Below are positions 8,640 through 19,379 of a stretch of DNA of 62,453 bases, piece by piece. The first letter of the stretch is position 1, and each line of letters starts with the position of its first letter. The notes below the pieces were generated by a model. The model was not told the DNA's origin. It ran no database searches and worked only from the letters and a program-made list of their open reading frames with translations. Source of the stretch: an uncultured Rhodospirillaceae bacterium (lineage in GTDB: Bacteria; Pseudomonadota; Alphaproteobacteria; UBA8366; GCA-2717185); NCBI GenBank assembly GCA_964474755.1, contig CAYYUG010000013.1:1-62453 (forward strand), in the 5' to 3' direction. The translations under genes and the position numbers were made by a program.

Positions 8640-11557
8640 GCCGTATTTCCCTGATGATAGACATGGCCCGCTGTATCGGCTGCAAGAGCTGTGAGGCGGC
8701 GTGCAAGCAGGAGCACGGGCTGGGACCACACGAATACCGTAACAAGGTGCTTTGGTTGGAAACGCCGGGTACGCCGTATGTCGATCTCTTGACCGTCAGC
8801 TGCCAGCATTGCGAACGGCCCGCCTGTCTGCGGGCCTGTCCGGTCAACCCGAAGGCGATCCACAAGGATCCGGAAACCGGTGTCGTCGCTGTGAACGAAG
8901 ACCGGTGCACTGGATGCGGCGAATGCGTCACGGCCTGTCCTTACGGTGCGATGGGTTTCGATCCGATCGATCATCATGCGGTGAAATGCGACCTGTGTGC
9001 TGACCGCCGTGGTCGCGGCGAAACGCCGGCCTGCGCCAGCGTCTGCCCGACCACCGCCATTCGTTTCGGCGAGCGAACGGATCATCTCGCTGCCGTCGCG
9101 CAAGAGGGTCGTGAGCCGATCGATCACGATCATTTTCTGATGGGGCCAGCGACGGTCTACCTGCCGTCGGAACGACCACAAAGCGAGTATGAGGCGTTGC
9201 CAAAGCTCATCGCTTTGATGGAAGATCAGTCGAGCCGCGATCCCCTGAAGACGGTGACCCGCGAGGGGCCCTATGGTGCGGACCGTGAGATGCGTACACC
9301 GGACCGCGTGGTGCCTGGCTCATGCAATGTCTGCTTCAACGGCTGCCCAGTGAAGTTTCATATTAAGGACGACAAGGTCGTCGGCATCACGGGCAATGAC
9401 GAGGACCCCGCGTTCAAGGGTCATATTTGCCCAAAATCGCAGATGACCCTGCAGCTCTATAACAATGAACGCCGACAGACACGGCCGATGAAGCGAGTTG
9501 GTCCCAGAGGCTCCGGGCGTATGGAACCTGTGACCTGGGAGCAGGCGCTGGATGAAATTGCCACAAAGCTGATGGAATTGCGTGACCGCTACGGTCCGGA
9601 GACATTGGCGCTCTTCTCCGGCACTCGCTCCGGCATTATCACAAATAACGGGTATGTCCGCTTATTCCAACAGATGTGGGGGACGCCTAACCAGGAGAGC
9701 ACAGAGCCTTATTGTTCCTCTACCAAAAACCTGACCTTCGGCATGGTGCAAGGCAATCGAGCTTTGTCCAACACCTACACGCCGACCGACATTGGTAGCG
9801 CGGAACTTTTTGTCTATATCGGCGACAATCAGGCGGAAACGCGGCCGGTCTATTTCGGCATGATCAACGAGTGGCGGCGGCAGAGTGGCGCGCGCATGGT
9901 CGCCATCGATCCGCGTCTCAGCGCTACTGCGAACAAGGCGGATGAATGGTTGGCGATCCGCTCCGGCACTGACATGGCACTGGTTCTGGCCATGATCAAC
10001 CACATCTTTACTAAAGGTCTGCACGATACCCATTTCTGCGAGAACTGGATGGAGGGCTGGGAGTGCTGGCGCGACTATCTCGATCTGCAGGGTTACACGC
10101 CTGCTTGGGCCGAGCCTATTACGGATATTCCTCAGGAAAAAATCGAGGAACTTGCCGAGGCAATCGCGACCGTCGATGGCTGCATGATCTACGGTAGCCG
10201 GGGCATCAATCAGCACTCGAACGGGACGCAAACCAACCGGGCGCTGATGTTTCTGGCCGCGATGACGGGCAACTGGGGACGCCCTGGCGGTGGTTATTTT
10301 AACATTTCATCGGCTATGTTTATCCAGGCGAACGCGCCGCAGGGTCGTCAGGTCACTCCGGATCGACCGGCAGTGGGCCGCACCCAATCGGCCTGGCTAC
10401 GCGCTATGACCGAGGGCGAGCCTTACCGCATCTCAGCTATGATTGGCTCGAATAATCCTTTCTCGCTTTGGCCGTCACAGGAACATGTCCGCGCGGCAGC
10501 GCAGGCGCTAGATCTATACGTCCATATAGGTCTTTTCGAAAACGAAGCGAACCAGTACGCGGACTACGTCCTGCCAGTGGCGAGCGGGGTTGAGAAGGGG
10601 GGCATTAGCCGTGCGTCGGAGGAGCGTCGCATTGTCTGGAACGATAAGTTGATTGAACCACCTGGCGAGGCCCGCGCGGATGGTTGGATCTGGATCGAGC
10701 TAGGCAAGCGTCTTGGGTTTGGTGACGTGCTGAAGGACGAATACAAGGATACGAGCGTTTTCTGGGACGATATGTGCGCCGGCAGCGCCTTCCTGCGTGG
10801 CTGCACGTCGGAGGCGTTCCGGGCCAGTCCGACGCGGACCCTGCGCTTCCCAATGGATGAGAACGGTGTTGCGCCGGAAACTCTTTATCGAGAAGGTACG
10901 ACGGCACTCGGCCAGCCCGAAGGCAAGCGGTTCCCGACCGAAACTGGCAAACTCGAATTCTGGACCGAAGAACAAGAGGCGGCCTTCGCCGAATTAGGCC
11001 TGTCCGCCTTGCCAGAATTCTACAGCGAGCGGGAGCAACTCATCGAACTACCCTATATTGAGCGTGAGGGTGACCTAGGGGAAATAGAGCAACCCACCAT
11101 GTTCTCGGAGCGGCGCACCTATGGTCGCCCGGCGCGCATCGTTCAGGGCTCGAATGATTCACCAGGCGCACAGCTGCGGGCACAAGGCTTCGATACAGAA
11201 CTAGTCACCGGGCGCCCGCCAGCGCCACACTTCCATTCCTGGACACATGACTTCTGGCAGGCGCAGGAAATGTGGCCGGACCTTTATGTACAGATCCATC
11301 CAGATAAGGCTGCCAAGTTGGGTATCACGGATGGCGCGGTGGCACGGGTCGAGACGACGGATGGTGTGATCGAAGCGCGTGCATGGGTACGCGAAGGCAT
11401 CCGGCCCGCCACGGTCTATATCCCGCTCGGTTGGGGTGAGAAGCAGCCTTACAACCCGTGGCGACCGGTTAATTACCTAACCGACCATACCCAACGTGAT
11501 CCCATGGCTGACCAAACTAATTTGAAGACGAGGCTGTGCAAAGTATCGGCCGTATAG
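8636..11557 (+). CDS. Mo/W-bisPGD (DMSO reductase superfamily) oxidoreductase with an N-terminal DmsB/NrfC-like 4x[4Fe-4S] domain
   Basis: CIGCKSCEAAC, CQHCERPACLRACP, CTGCGECVTACP, CDLC..ACASVCP; then FS0 motif CNVCFNGC..ICPK, IDPR, IRSGTDMAL, ADYVLP and a C-terminal dinucleotide-binding domain (HFHSWT..IHPDKAAKLGI). Confidence 0.92.
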   Translation: MSRISLMIDMARCIGCKSCEAACKQEHGLGPHEYRNKVLWLETPGTPYVDLLTVSCQHCERPACLRACPVNPKAIHKDPETGVVAVNEDRCTGCGECVTACPYGAMGFDPIDHHAVKCDLCADRRGRGETPACASVCPTTAIRFGERTDHLAAVAQEGREPIDHDHFLMGPATVYLPSERPQSEYEALPKLIALMEDQSSRDPLKTVTREGPYGADREMRTPDRVVPGSCNVCFNGCPVKFHIKDDKVVGITGNDEDPAFKGHICPKSQMTLQLYNNERRQTRPMKRVGPRGSGRMEPVTWEQALDEIATKLMELRDRYGPETLALFSGTRSGIITNNGYVRLFQQMWGTPNQESTEPYCSSTKNLTFGMVQGNRALSNTYTPTDIGSAELFVYIGDNQAETRPVYFGMINEWRRQSGARMVAIDPRLSATANKADEWLAIRSGTDMALVLAMINHIFTKGLHDTHFCENWMEGWECWRDYLDLQGYTPAWAEPITDIPQEKIEELAEAIATVDGCMIYGSRGINQHSNGTQTNRALMFLAAMTGNWGRPGGGYFNISSAMFIQANAPQGRQVTPDRPAVGRTQSAWLRAMTEGEPYRISAMIGSNNPFSLWPSQEHVRAAAQALDLYVHIGLFENEANQYADYVLPVASGVEKGGISRASEERRIVWNDKLIEPPGEARADGWIWIELGKRLGFGDVLKDEYKDTSVFWDDMCAGSAFLRGCTSEAFRASPTRTLRFPMDENGVAPETLYREGTTALGQPEGKRFPTETGKLEFWTEEQEAAFAELGLSALPEFYSEREQLIELPYIEREGDLGEIEQPTMFSERRTYGRPARIVQGSNDSPGAQLRAQGFDTELVTGRPPAPHFHSWTHDFWQAQEMWPDLYVQIHPDKAAKLGITDGAVARVETTDGVIEARAWVREGIRPATVYIPLGWGEKQPYNPWRPVNYLTDHTQRDPMADQTNLKTRLCKVSAV

Positions 11558-11935
11558 GCGGGCGCTAACGTGATTTAACATCCGTGCCGGGCATCCTTGC
11601 AGGTTGCCTAGAATTTGCCTAGCTAAAGGGCTTGAAAGGCACGTTTGATCGGCAATGCGGTCATCGGCTAAGCAAATAATTTCCTTGGTGCGACTTTAAA
11701 GCCTATTTCTGCCTGTATGGTACGAGCCCCGGTGTTGCGTAAAAGTTAAGCTTCATCGTGACGGATAGCAGTCGCTATGAGATCGATGGCGACCCGCGAC
11801 GGTGAAATGTTCAATTTTAACACTGGCGATTTAATGGCCTTGCGCCAAGATCACTCGCGATGGCAACCCGCTGCCATGCTATGGCGCGACCCACGGTCTG
11901 CCGTATAAGGAGGCTGGACATAAGGGGGAGAACGC

Positions 11936-12847
11936 ATGAGCGATCGCATCAAGCTGGGCACGGCATTGCCTTTAACCGATATTGGGTATGACCCGAAAAC
12001 GGTGACCGCCTTCGCCCAGACGGCGGAAGCGCTGGGTTATGATCACTTGACCGGGACCGATCACGTGCTGGGCGTGAATGTCGCGAACCGCCCCGATTGG
12101 GATATGAGCCGTAACACCTCCGCCGATGTGTTCCATGATCCCTTCGTTCTGTTTGGTTTCCTGTCGAACGTGACAGAACGGATTGAGTTCTCCGTCCAGG
12201 TTCTGATCCTGGCGCAGCGTCAGACGGCGCTGGTCGCGAAACAGGCGGCGTCGCTCGATGTGCTGTGCGGTGGCCGCTTCCGGCTTGGGGTTGGGATTGG
12301 TTGGAATAAGGAAGAGTTCGTCGCCCTAAACGAGAATTTTCACGACCGTGGCAAACGCTCAGAAGAGCAGGTCGAAGTGATCAAGAAGCTCTGGGCTGAA
12401 GACCATGTCACCTTCAAAGGTAAGTGGCATCAGATACCGGACGCGGGCATTAATCCACGGCCGCTTAACGGCAAAATTCCCCTGTGGTTTGGCGGCCATG
12501 TCGACGCGACCTTGCGGCGCACAGCGAAATACGGCGACGGCTGGATTATGCTGTCGCATCCTGCCGGTACAGAAGCGGTTGCGTTGTTCGATAAACTGCG
12601 CGGCTTTGCAGCCGATGAAGGCCGTGACCCGGCCGCTATGGGGATCGAAATCTGGACTTCGATCGCCGAAGGTGGACCGGAGGAATGGCGTGCCGAGGCC
12701 CAGTTCTGGAAAGAGGCGGGCGTCTCCCACATCACGGTCAATAATGCCCGAGAGCGTGCGCACCACAAACGTATCCAGGGCAGCAGCTTTTCCGATCACG
12801 TTTCCGGCATCGAACGCTATCGCGAGGCCGTCGCTGACATCCTGTAA
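11936..12847 (+). CDS. LLM-class (luciferase-like, putative F420-dependent) oxidoreductase
   Basis: DHVLG, AKQAASLDVLCGGRFRLGVGIGWNKEEF. Confidence 0.9.
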   Translation: MSDRIKLGTALPLTDIGYDPKTVTAFAQTAEALGYDHLTGTDHVLGVNVANRPDWDMSRNTSADVFHDPFVLFGFLSNVTERIEFSVQVLILAQRQTALVAKQAASLDVLCGGRFRLGVGIGWNKEEFVALNENFHDRGKRSEEQVEVIKKLWAEDHVTFKGKWHQIPDAGINPRPLNGKIPLWFGGHVDATLRRTAKYGDGWIMLSHPAGTEAVALFDKLRGFAADEGRDPAAMGIEIWTSIAEGGPEEWRAEAQFWKEAGVSHITVNNARERAHHKRIQGSSFSDHVSGIERYREAVADIL

Positions 12848-12879
12848 AGACGGCTGGACTAGCACCGAGGATTTCATCT

Positions 12880-14043
12880 GTGTCTCAAGATCGCTTGCTC
12901 TTCACGCCCCTCCAACTGCGAGGTGTGACCCTACCTAATAGGGTCGTTGTGTCGCCGCTATGCATGTACTCTGCTGAGGACGGTCTAGCAACCGACTGGC
13001 AGTTTGCGCACCTTAGTACCTTCGCGCGAGGCAAGGCCGGGTTAGTTTTTACCGAGGCGACGGCAGTCGAACCTCGCGGTCGTATAACGCCGGGTTGTCT
13101 TGGTATTTGGACTGATGAACAGGCCGAGGCGATTAAGAAGACGGCGCATTTCATTGAAGAGATGGGCTGTGTGCCGGGCATGCAGATCGCTCATGCTGGT
13201 CGCAAAGGTTCGGCAGAGCCGCCTTTCCGCGGCGGCACCCCCTTGGCCCCCGATCATCCGGATGCTTGGCCGACTGTCGGCCCTTCAGCTGATCCAGTCA
13301 GTGATGGATGGCCGGTACCGCAGGCGCTGGAAATCGGCGAGATTGCGCAGATCGTCGAGGCTTTCGCCGCCGCCGCGCACCGCGCCGCCGAAGTCGGGTT
13401 CAAAGTTATCGAGGTCCACGGCGCGCATGGCTATCTGATCCAGAGTTTTTTGTCGCCACTGGGTAACAAACGCAACGATACCTATGGCGGTGACATCCAT
13501 GGGCGCATGCGGTTCGCCCTAGAGGTAGCGGAGGCGGTGCGGGCCGCTTGGCCGGACGAACTTCCGCTGTTCTATCGCATCTCCGCTATTGATACACCGA
13601 CGGAAGGCTGGTCGATGGAGGATTCAGTCATTCTGGCGCGCGAACTGGCTGTACGCGGCGTCGACGTGGTTGATTGCTCCGCCGGCGGCATTCGCGGTGC
13701 GGCGGCTTTCCGTGCGAACGATGCGGGCAAGCCTTTTGGCAAAGGCGCGGAGCGCCCGCCAGGCTTCCAGGTACCCTACGCCGACCGGATACGCAAAGAG
13801 GCTGCGGTCAAGACCATGGCAGTCGGCGTTATAGTCGATCCGCATCAAGCAGAAGCTATTTTGAAGGAAGGCCGCGCCGATCTCGTCGCACTGGGTCGAG
13901 AAATTATGTACAACCCTTTCTGGACGTTGCACGCGGCGCAAGCGTTAGATGCTGACCCGGATTGCGCGATGTGGCCTAATCAATACGGCTGGGCGGTGCA
14001 ACGCCGTCGCGAAATAATCGCGCAGAATGAAGGAACAATTTAA
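12880..14043 (+). CDS. NADH:flavin oxidoreductase, old yellow enzyme (YqjM/NamA-like)
   Basis: NRVVVSPLCMYSA, QIAHAGRK, HGAHGYL, NKRNDTYGG. Confidence 0.93.
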   Translation: MSQDRLLFTPLQLRGVTLPNRVVVSPLCMYSAEDGLATDWQFAHLSTFARGKAGLVFTEATAVEPRGRITPGCLGIWTDEQAEAIKKTAHFIEEMGCVPGMQIAHAGRKGSAEPPFRGGTPLAPDHPDAWPTVGPSADPVSDGWPVPQALEIGEIAQIVEAFAAAAHRAAEVGFKVIEVHGAHGYLIQSFLSPLGNKRNDTYGGDIHGRMRFALEVAEAVRAAWPDELPLFYRISAIDTPTEGWSMEDSVILARELAVRGVDVVDCSAGGIRGAAAFRANDAGKPFGKGAERPPGFQVPYADRIRKEAAVKTMAVGVIVDPHQAEAILKEGRADLVALGREIMYNPFWTLHAAQALDADPDCAMWPNQYGWAVQRRREIIAQNEGTI

Positions 14044-14435
14044 AGCAATGCGACCCCAGACCGGGCGCAGTCCTCGTCCTCCTCCGCCGTACCGCCTCCG
14101 ACGCCACATGCGCCGATGGTGATACCGTCGCGGATGATCGGGACGGCCCCCTGTCCCAGCATCATATGATCGCCTTCCGCAGCGACAATGCCACGTAGGG
14201 TGGGGTGGTTAGCCCGCTCAGTTAAATCACCGCTGGGCCTCCCGAATGCGGCAGAGGCAATCGCTTTACCCTGACTACCGAAACTGCCTGCCCACATTGC
14301 GTGGGTCATGCGTTGGAACGCGACCAACCGTCCGCCACCATCGCAGATGGCGACATTGATTTTGATGCCGATCTCTTCCGCTTTCACGATCGCACCCGCC
14401 GCGATCCTGTTGGCTTCTTCCAGGGTGACATTCAT
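14040..14435 (-). CDS. GlcG/HbpS-family heme-binding protein
   Basis: VAICDGGGRLVAFQRM, KAIASAAF, GACGVGGG..EEDEDCA. Confidence 0.9.
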   Translation of the reverse strand: MNVTLEEANRIAAGAIVKAEEIGIKINVAICDGGGRLVAFQRMTHAMWAGSFGSQGKAIASAAFGRPSGDLTERANHPTLRGIVAAEGDHMMLGQGAVPIIRDGITIGACGVGGGTAEEDEDCARSGVALL

Positions 14436-14759
14436 GGGACAAAACCCTCCGCTATGTTTCCAGTAATTACTGACATGCAGCGTAGCGTCGTTATCACAGC
14501 GTGCAATCGAAATTCAGCAGCGGCTGCTTGGCGGGAGTTATTTCATCAGAACGGCGGATGATTATTTCGACGGTCCATTCGCATTGTAATTATCGTCTGC
14601 TAAGCAAATATCGAGCCGTGCCTTCACATCTGGCTATTAGTCTTTGAGGGTCGAGAATCAGGCAGTGTCCTGGTTCAATCCCTAGAATATAAGAAAGTTG
14701 TAAAAGGTCTTTCGTAGAGGAAGCTGAGATGAGGGACAGTACCGCGAGACTTCGTTTTG

Positions 14760-14940
14760 ATAGTATTGCCGCAGCACGCGTTGGAAGCGCAGATCGGGCA
14801 TCGTAAGGACGGTCATGATAAAAATCGCTTTCGTTGCGGTTTGCGTGAGCTCCAGTGATTTTGTGACCAAATATGTCCGATCTCGAGCACGCTATCGCCG
14901 GAATGCATATACATGAAAGTCATATGCCCCCCAGTAGGTT
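14760..14940 (-). pseudogene. Degraded RimL-like GNAT acetyltransferase relic
   Basis: Minus strand reads ..GDSVLEIGHIW, then after a frameshift near 14869 SLELTQTATKAIFIM..DLRFQR. This resembles the GNAT pattern IEIGHIWFSPxLQRTxAATEAIxLM..DLGYRR. Confidence 0.5.
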
Positions 14941-15309
14941 TGTTACGATCGTGTGTCACAGTGTTGGCGCAAATGTGGGTGTGATACGCACACTAACCGG
15001 CCAAGGTTTTCCGGTAAGTATTTCTAGATGGCACACCCGACTAAGGCCTTCTGGGTCGCCTCTGAGATTGGTTAGTCCAAGAACCTAGCCCTAAGTAAGT
15101 TGTTGATAGCGCGACCATTGAGGTGTCGGTCGAAGTAATGAGCTTTAGCGTTAGCTATGGCTGCTATTTTTGTTCAGTTCGGCCATGTCGGCGGCAAATG
15201 GCCTCAAGTGAAGGGTCAATTGGTCATATTTTTGTGACGAATTAATGGGCTTGCCTCGCCGAGATCCAATTGCGAGGTTGCCGAAACAGCCATGCAAAGG
15301 AGTACCAGG

Positions 15310-16086
15310 ATGCAATCGATCGATGGAAAGGTCGCTTGGGTTACCGGGGCCGGCACCGGTATTGGCAGGGGCGGAGCCATGGTTCTGGCGAGCGCGGGGG
15401 CTAAGATCATCCTTTCCGGCCGACGAGAGGAGCCGCTTGAGGATACACAAATGCGGATCGCCGATGCAGGTGGCGAGGCGGTGATTGAACCACTCGACAT
15501 CAGCGATGCTAATGCGGTCTATGCTGTCGCTGATGCGATTAAAGAGCGATTCGGCCGGCTTGATATCCTGGTCAACAGCGCTGGGCTAAATATTCCCAAC
15601 CGTCGCTGGAAGGTTGTCGAGGCGGAAGGTTGGCGCTCAGTCATCGATATAGATTTGAACGGCGCGTTTTATTGCTCACATGCGGCACTTCGTATCATGC
15701 GTGAGCAGCGCGATGGTCTCATAATTAACATCTCCTCGCTGGCAGGGCGGCGGGTTAGTACTGTTTCCGGCGCCGCCTATACGGCGGCGAAGCACGGTCT
15801 AAACGCGATGAGCGAAAGTCTCAATTTGGAAAACTGCCATCTGGGCATTCGTGCCTGCGCTATCTGTCCAGGCGATGTCGCCACCGATATTTTGGACAGG
15901 CGACCTTTCCCCCCAACGGCGGAGGCCCGCGAGCGCATGATCCAGGAGAAAGAGATGGGGGAAACGATTCTGTTCGTTGCGCAGATGCCGCCACATGTCT
16001 GCATTAACGAACTGGTTATCTCGCCGACCTGGAACCTGAGCTATATCGGCGGCACACCCGATCGTGAAATTCCGCGCGACGATTGA
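15310..16086 (+). CDS. Short-chain dehydrogenase/reductase
   Basis: VTGAGTGIG, LVNSAG, YTAAK. Confidence 0.93.
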   Translation: MQSIDGKVAWVTGAGTGIGRGGAMVLASAGAKIILSGRREEPLEDTQMRIADAGGEAVIEPLDISDANAVYAVADAIKERFGRLDILVNSAGLNIPNRRWKVVEAEGWRSVIDIDLNGAFYCSHAALRIMREQRDGLIINISSLAGRRVSTVSGAAYTAAKHGLNAMSESLNLENCHLGIRACAICPGDVATDILDRRPFPPTAEARERMIQEKEMGETILFVAQMPPHVCINELVISPTWNLSYIGGTPDREIPRDD

Positions 16087-16101
16087 GTAGGAGTTAGAAG
16101 T

Positions 16102-16956
16102 ATGGAAGTTGGTATCGTTTTGCCGGGTTCGGCGAAAACGCCGCCGGAACTTATCATCAATGCGGCTATCGCTGTCGAGGAACGCGGCTTCCATTCTGTT
16201 TGGGCGCCCGAACATGTGGTGTTCTTCGAACAGTACAAGTCGCAATATCCCTATGCGGAGGATGGCAAGCTGCGCGGCTTCGACGGCGGTATGATCGAGC
16301 CCTGGACCCTGCTGAGCTTTATTGCGGCGCATACCAAGAGGGTCCGTCTCGGCTCGTCGGTCTGCCTCATCCCGCAGCGTAATCCGGTTTATACCGCGAA
16401 GCAGATCGCCGATCTTGACTTTCTGTCTGGTGGGCGCGTTGACGTCGGTGTGGGGGTAGGTTGGCTTAAAGAAGAATTTGACGTCCTGCAGGTGCCGTTC
16501 GAACACCGCGGCGCTCGGGCTCGGGATTATATGCGCGTCATGCAGGCCCTTTGGACACAGGATCTGTCGTCCTATGAGGGTGACTTCTATAGCCTGCCGC
16601 CCTGCACGCAGAACCCAAAGCCGGTTCAGGATCCCCATCCGCCCTTTATTTTCGGGGGTGAGAGTACACCGGCGTTGCGCCGCGTCGCCGATTTTGGAGG
16701 CGGTTGGATGGGCGCGAGCATGCTGCCGGAAGACATGCCGGCTAAACTGGCGGAGCTCGATACACTCTTGGAGGAACGTGGCCGCAAACGTTCTGATATC
16801 AAACTCCTAGTGATGCCAAACCAGCGACCGGAAGCCGATCTGTTCCCGCGCTATCAGGAACTGGGTGTCCAACAGGTAGTGCACCTCTTGCCTCTCAAGC
16901 ATATCGATGACGTAAAGGCACGGCTCGACCGCATTGCCCAAATGGCGTTCAGTTAG
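16102..16956 (+). CDS. LLM-class (putative F420-dependent) oxidoreductase
   Basis: WAPEHVV, AKQIADLDFLSGGRVDVGVGVGWLKEEF, PKPVQDPHPP. Confidence 0.9.
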   Translation: MEVGIVLPGSAKTPPELIINAAIAVEERGFHSVWAPEHVVFFEQYKSQYPYAEDGKLRGFDGGMIEPWTLLSFIAAHTKRVRLGSSVCLIPQRNPVYTAKQIADLDFLSGGRVDVGVGVGWLKEEFDVLQVPFEHRGARARDYMRVMQALWTQDLSSYEGDFYSLPPCTQNPKPVQDPHPPFIFGGESTPALRRVADFGGGWMGASMLPEDMPAKLAELDTLLEERGRKRSDIKLLVMPNQRPEADLFPRYQELGVQQVVHLLPLKHIDDVKARLDRIAQMAFS

Positions 16957-17490
16957 TTCAGCCTTGGGTCCTCCAAGTGTCTGGCAGGTATACACTGTGG
17001 TGATTAACCGGAATTAGTTTTGTCTCGCTTAGGGTGAGGAAGAAACCTATCCCGCGTGCCCTTAGAAGGCTTCTCTAAGGCCGTCGTGTGATCTGATTGC
17101 GAAGACTGCGGCGGCCAACGTATGGAATTGATCTGAACGATATGCGCATCTGGCAGTGACGTGCGCGGGCCAAGTATGCCGAGATGCTGGAATTCGGCAT
17201 CTTGAGGACGCCGAGTTAACAATTGCTAAAACCAAATGCATACCAATGCCGATTGCCCCGTTCTTCTCCGTTTCCACTTTCGGTATTCATATTGGTTAGG
17301 GCTAAGCGCAGATACCGATTGACCAAGCGGGAACCTCCATCGGCGTCAATACGTGCTTCATGCGGCTTGCAGTGGCTATCTAGCAGTGCAGATGGAGCAG
17401 CTCGTCTTTTATCAAGGTTGAGCAAAAGGGTTTAATGCATCAGACGAATGGTGGGAGTGCCTACCCAGCGATGCACGGCCTGCTGTTGGC

Positions 17491-18387
17491 TCAGGCGGTG
17501 GCGCGTTTCGAGGTTGTCAAGATCGCATCGGCGATCCTGGGGACCGCACCGTCGGGATAGTCGTGCCCCATGCCGTCGATGACCAACATCTCAGCACCAG
17601 GGATAGTCTTTTTTACATCCTCCGCACAGGCAAGATCGACAAGCGGATCCTCGCGTCCGTGGATTACCATTGTTGGGGCCGAGATTGTGCTCAGACGTTC
17701 AACGCGGCCGTCGCCTGATGCAATGCTGGCCAGCAAGTGGCGACCGTTGCCGGCGGGATAAAATGACCGATCGTAAAGACGGGCTGCGCGGCCGCGCAGC
17801 ACTTGTTCGTTGCGCGCGAAGCCTGGGCTACCAATTAGGTATGAGGTCGATACTGCTTCGTCCATCGCACCTTCGCGTGTGCCGGATGGATTACGGGGAC
17901 GGGCTAGCCACTCGGCGACGGCGCCCTGAGGTCGGGGTAGGCCGCGACGGCCGGACGTGGCCATGATCGAAATTATGGTAGAGACCTTGTCTGGGTGATG
18001 GATGGCGAGTGTCTGAGCGATCGCGCCACCGTTTGAACTGCCAATGATATGGGCTTTATCAATGCCCAGCGCGTCGAGAAGCCCGGCGGCATCGTCCGCT
18101 AGATCTTCCAGCGTGTAGGGTGCTTCAACCTTCTGTTTTAAGCGCGCTTGTGCGAAGGCTGCCTTTATGTCGGCTGGTCCCCAGTCGCCATGCTTTGTCG
18201 AAAGCCCGATATCGCGATTGTCGTATGCGATCACCCGGAACCCGCGATCCGCAAGCGCAGCCACGAAGCTCTCCGTCCAGCTGATAATCTGGACACCGAG
18301 ACCACCGATCAGCAACAACGGGGGGCCATTTTCCGGGCCCATGAGTTCGTATTCCAGTTTGACGCCGTTCGTTGTGGCCTTCGGCAT
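17491..18387 (-). CDS. Alpha/beta hydrolase (esterase-like)
   Basis: YDNRDIGLS, nucleophile elbow GSSNGG, IHGREDPLV, GMGHD. Confidence 0.92.
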   Translation of the reverse strand: MPKATTNGVKLEYELMGPENGPPLLLIGGLGVQIISWTESFVAALADRGFRVIAYDNRDIGLSTKHGDWGPADIKAAFAQARLKQKVEAPYTLEDLADDAAGLLDALGIDKAHIIGSSNGGAIAQTLAIHHPDKVSTIISIMATSGRRGLPRPQGAVAEWLARPRNPSGTREGAMDEAVSTSYLIGSPGFARNEQVLRGRAARLYDRSFYPAGNGRHLLASIASGDGRVERLSTISAPTMVIHGREDPLVDLACAEDVKKTIPGAEMLVIDGMGHDYPDGAVPRIADAILTTSKRATA

Positions 18388-18434
18388 TGTACTTCCTTTT
18401 CTATGACTGGTGTGATCGGTGGGATGGTCGGCTT

Positions 18435-19295
18435 TTAGTGATAGGTAACCGTCGCGGCCATGGCGATCGTGCCCTGCGGTGTGATAGCCCAAAGCTCGCA
18501 GCCTTCGCCGTCTTTAATCGGGCGGCCGACGACCTGGAACGGATCGTTGTCGAAGAGGGGTGCGCGCGCTCGCATGGCGTAGCTCTTCAGATTGCGTCCG
18601 CCGCCATGATCTCGGGCGAAATCGAGTAAGCATTGCGAGGAGTAGGGGCCGTGCACGACGAGACCCGGATAACCTTCGATATCCATGGCGTAGGGCCGGT
18701 CATAATGGATGCGATGCGGATTGAAGGTTAGTGCTGAATAGCGGAACAGGGAGACGGGGTCCGCAGCGATCGTTCGACGCCACGGCAGATTGGCGGGGGG
18801 TGCTTCCCGTTTCGGTACGCCGCTCTTCTCTCCGGTTCTGACTTCCTCACGAAAAACACCGGCGGCTTCTTCTTCCATCGCTAGTCCTTCGGGGCCGTAG
18901 ATGCGGGAGACGATAGTCGTGAAAATTAGCGCGCCAGTGCTGCCCTCACGCAATTGGATGTCTGCTAGTTCGGTTTCACGGCGTAGTTTGTCACCGACCT
19001 TGATTGGTTTTTGGAATTCATGCTTGGTGCCAGCGAACATGCGGCGGGGAAATGGCATTTTGGGCAGTACCCCAGTCGACAACGGCAGCCCATCCGCGCC
19101 CAAACCTTCCGGAGGTGTCATTGGCAGGAAGTAACATCGATGCCAACCCGGTGCGATCGGTTCGCCCTGCTTCGGCGCTTCCTCATCTCGTCCGAAGGTC
19201 ACGATCATTCCGCGCAGTGGAGCTGCGGTAGCGACGTCTATGCTTTCCATTTTCGTGCCGATATGCTCGCGCAGCTTTTCTATGTCGACGGTCAT
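18435..19295 (-). CDS. MaoC/hotdog-fold acyl-CoA dehydratase (mesaconyl-CoA hydratase-like)
   Basis: PRRMFAG, LFRYSALTFNPHRIHYD..EGYPGLVVHGP. Confidence 0.88.
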   Translation of the reverse strand: MTVDIEKLREHIGTKMESIDVATAAPLRGMIVTFGRDEEAPKQGEPIAPGWHRCYFLPMTPPEGLGADGLPLSTGVLPKMPFPRRMFAGTKHEFQKPIKVGDKLRRETELADIQLREGSTGALIFTTIVSRIYGPEGLAMEEEAAGVFREEVRTGEKSGVPKREAPPANLPWRRTIAADPVSLFRYSALTFNPHRIHYDRPYAMDIEGYPGLVVHGPYSSQCLLDFARDHGGGRNLKSYAMRARAPLFDNDPFQVVGRPIKDGEGCELWAITPQGTIAMAATVTYH

Positions 19296-19379
19296 GAGAT
19301 CCTCCGGTTCCTTTCGTTCGGTCATTGCCTTTATGCTGGCATAAAGCATGGCTAACGCAAATCGGGAGATTTTGGGAAC

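Noticed and set aside
17004-17435. Short ORFs or a possible LLM monooxygenase relic (TYGIDLNDMR..KYAEMLE)
   Set aside because: Similarity is too faint to support by eye.
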